DNA of 19,975 nt from Octopus sinensis. Taxonomy: Eukaryota. The position numbers and the translations under genes are program-made. Below the pieces are notes generated by a model. It was not told the DNA's origin. It saw only the letters and a list, made by a program, of their open reading frames with translations, and did no database searches. Positions 17,871 to 19,975 of this stretch are shown here, in pieces. The first letter of the stretch is position 1. Each line of letters starts with the position of its first letter. The DNA lies in assembly GCF_006345805.1 (NCBI RefSeq), contig NW_021824127.1:1-19975 (forward strand), written 5' to 3'.

Positions 17871-18180
17871 TTTTTTTTTAACAAAAAGATTTAAAAAAAT
17901 GAAAAGGAATGATAGCCGACCAGGATAATGAAGTCTGCGAAGCGCACACTGTTGCTGAAAATAAGACGGGATGGTCATGCTTGGAATATCTTCGATCATA
18001 AATTTTGTCCGAGCTGTTACACTTAACTTCCTCCTCATCAGCGGTTATTACCGTGAGGTAGGAGGGCGTCGTGTAAATTCTATACCAGTAATAAACCCGG
18101 GTCAATCAATCAGCCAATAAACCGCATACTAAATGTTATCGTTTCATATTAATGAATAGTTTCATTATCTCCTTCTTAAT

Positions 18181-18190
18181 CTTTCTCTGT

Positions 18191-18269
<79 letters not shown>

Positions 18270-18270
18270 C

Positions 18271-18301
<31 letters not shown>

Positions 18302-18454
18302 CTCGTTCTTTCCTTCTTTCTTTCTTTCTTTCTTTCCTTTTTTTCTCTCTTTCTTTCTTTCTTTCTTTCTTTCTTTCCTTCTTCTTTCTTTCTTTCTTTC
18401 TTTCCTTCTTTCTTTCTTTCTTTTTTCTTTCTTTCTTTCTTTCTTTCTTTCTCT
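18181..18454. repeat. (TTTC)n polypyrimidine/polypurine microsatellite
   Basis: Seen directly; it explains the K/E/R-rich and F/L/S-rich ORFs. Confidence 0.97.
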
Positions 18455-18649
18455 ATTGTACATTTGTGTATATGTACACTGATCGATGTTTGTGTGTCTA
18501 CATGCGTATTTATATGTTTATATGAGTAAATATATATATATATATATGTATACATATGCATATACCATATATACATATATATATATTCATATGTATGTAT
18601 GGTATGTGTTTACACACATATCATGGCTAGACGAATAAACAAAATAGAT

Positions 18650-18682
18650 GAACAGACAGACCGATAGATAGATAGAAGATAG

Positions 18683-18713
<31 letters not shown>
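18650..18713. repeat. (GACA)/(GATA)n-(GA)n microsatellite
   Basis: Seen directly in the sequence. Confidence 0.9.
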
Positions 18714-18714
<1 letters not shown>

Positions 18715-18803
18715 CATGGTTGTGCACTTAAGAATTCCGCTTCGCAACCACTGGTCTCACGTTCGGCCTCACTTCGTGGCAAATTGGGTAAAATGACTTT
18801 ATC
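18714..18803 (+). mobile_element. SINE family B head, old and degenerate
   Basis: GCATGGTTGTGCACTTAAG...GCAACCACTGG...GTTCGGCCTCACTTCGTGGCAAATTGGGTAAAATGACTT aligns to the family B 5' region. Confidence 0.55.
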
Positions 18804-18980
18804 AAATTTTTGTTCTACGGTGCCATATTTTACAATCCTGTATAATAATAATAATAGTATTTTTATACAGCCTTAAAGCTTATGGCGATCACCGTGCAAT
18901 GACAAAGGAAAATAGTGTAATATATATGTATACACACACACACACATTTATTTATATATATATAAATGTATGTGTGTGTG

Positions 18981-19090
18981 TGCCCCACCGGCTCTTGACG
19001 ACAGGCGTTGGCGGGATCGATTCGAGCGACCATAAACCCTTCAAGGCGATTCCCCAGCCTGGTCGCGGTCCAATGACTAAATCAAGTAAA
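18981..19090 (+). mobile_element. SINE family B 3' fragment with internal deletion
   Basis: CTTGACGACAGGCGTTGG|CGGGATCGATTCGAGCGAC...AAGGCGATTCCCCAGCCTGGTCGCGGTCCAATGACTAAATCAAGTAAA. Confidence 0.65.
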
Positions 19091-19128
19091 TTTATATATA
19101 TATATATACACATACATACATACACACT

Positions 19129-19175
<47 letters not shown>

Positions 19176-19257
19176 TCCCAGACGTGATGAAAACAATTTT
19201 AGCCATGAACGGCTCGTCTTTTCAGTACTCAGCCCGTTTTATAAGAGATTAGAGAGA

Positions 19258-19307
19258 TATTTGAGTGAGATATAGTTGCTATATCTAACAGTTAGTAGAA
19301 CCTCCCT
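19258..19307 (+). mobile_element. Family C repeat copy, degenerate
   Basis: ATTTGAGTGAGATATAGTTGCTATATCTAACAG...CCTCCC. Confidence 0.4.
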
Positions 19308-19530
19308 TGTGAGTCCATAATCTATGTTATATTAGTAGCCAATGACAATTAGAGAAGACATCAACCACGGTATCCAATAAAAGGCCTGTTACTATTATAA
19401 GAAATAATGAATTGCAGAACAGTTACAATAAATCCGTTGTGTAAGTGTATATGTGTGTGTGTATGTCCAACCGCAACAAGTGCATTTAACACTCTCTCGC
19501 ATTCAGTGGTTTTCGGATTCTTGTTTTTTT

Positions 19531-19683
19531 TTTTTACTTGTCTCAGTCATTTGACTGTGGCCATGCTGGAGCACCACCTTTAGTCGAGCAAATCGACTCC
19601 AGGACTTATTCTGGGGTCGATATAATTCAGTTACGCCGTCCCTCGAAATTGCTGGTTTTGTGCTGGAATTTGAAACCAATATT
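19531..19683. mobile_element. Chimera: SINE B 3' portion (minus, 19531-19610) fused to SINE A 3' portion (plus, 19611-19683)
   Basis: The B sequence stops at CCAGGACTTATT; the A sequence starts CTGGGGTCGATATAAT...TTGCTGG...TTTGAAACCAATATT. Confidence 0.85.
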
Positions 19684-19789
19684 CTAGGATTATTTTGCGA
19701 ACAGAAACTGTTGCTATGCGAGTGACTCACGGGCCTAAAATATAATACAAAGACCCTTTTATACACACACACACATATATATGTATATA

Positions 19790-19975
19790 TATGGTGTCTG
19801 CTCTGTCTTCACAGATGATTGCTGTCTCTCTGAGCTTTCTCGTTCTTAATGGCATTTCTGATCTTCTGTCTATGACCTCTCACATGACTTCTCAACCACG
19901 CTGCAGGCCTACACGGATCGAAGCATATGCGATAGACGAAAGCCGTAGTTTTCGTTGGATCGGTTGGGTTACTTT
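19790..19975 (-). mobile_element. 3' end of an RTE-type LINE ORF (C2H2 finger), continuing beyond the window
   Basis: The frame is open from 19973 to a TGA at 19809: SNPTDPTKTTAFVYRICFDPCRPAAWLRSHVRGHRQKIRNAIKNEKAQRDSNHL*, with [Y]-x2-C-x12-H-x3-H spacing. A short 3' UTR runs into (TA)(CA)n. The RTE assignment is inferred from the FxCxxC...GLxSHxRxH pattern. Confidence 0.5.

Noticed and set aside
18136-18576. 146-aa K/E/R-rich ORF and complementary F/L/S-rich ORF
   Set aside because: Translation of (GAAA)n/(TTTC)n.
1-19975. CRISPR array, rRNA or prokaryotic operon
   Set aside because: No regularly spaced repeat-spacer structure, no rRNA-like sequence and very low coding density; the repeat content is eukaryotic.

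Overview
AT-rich, repeat-saturated animal DNA, most likely intronic or intergenic cephalopod (Octopus-like) sequence. The taxon is inferred from recalled SINE types and microsatellite density; no search was run. I found no intact protein-coding gene, tRNA, rRNA or CRISPR array, and most ORFs in the track are microsatellite or SINE read-throughs. Contents: (i) about 20 copies or fragments of three tRNA-type SINE families, called A, B and E here; (ii) three decayed IS630-Tc1-mariner/pogo transposases on + (pogo/POGK-like, mariner DD34D-like, and a DD41D-like element carrying two SINEs and a MITE); (iii) a 5'-truncated Tx1-type non-LTR retrotransposon with a 7-bp TSD at a GATA/TATC microsatellite; (iv) C2H2-finger ends resembling RTE-clade LINEs; (v) two, possibly three, decayed minimal hammerhead-ribozyme motifs in Penelope-like terminal fragments; (vi) an isolated CpG-rich minisatellite; (vii) a candidate 75-nt exon and 17-nt microexon of an unidentified + strand host gene. 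The best leads are the apparent GATA targeting by the Tx1 element, the hammerhead-bearing fragments, and the MITE with a palindromic 8-bp TSD and an internal telomere-like G4.
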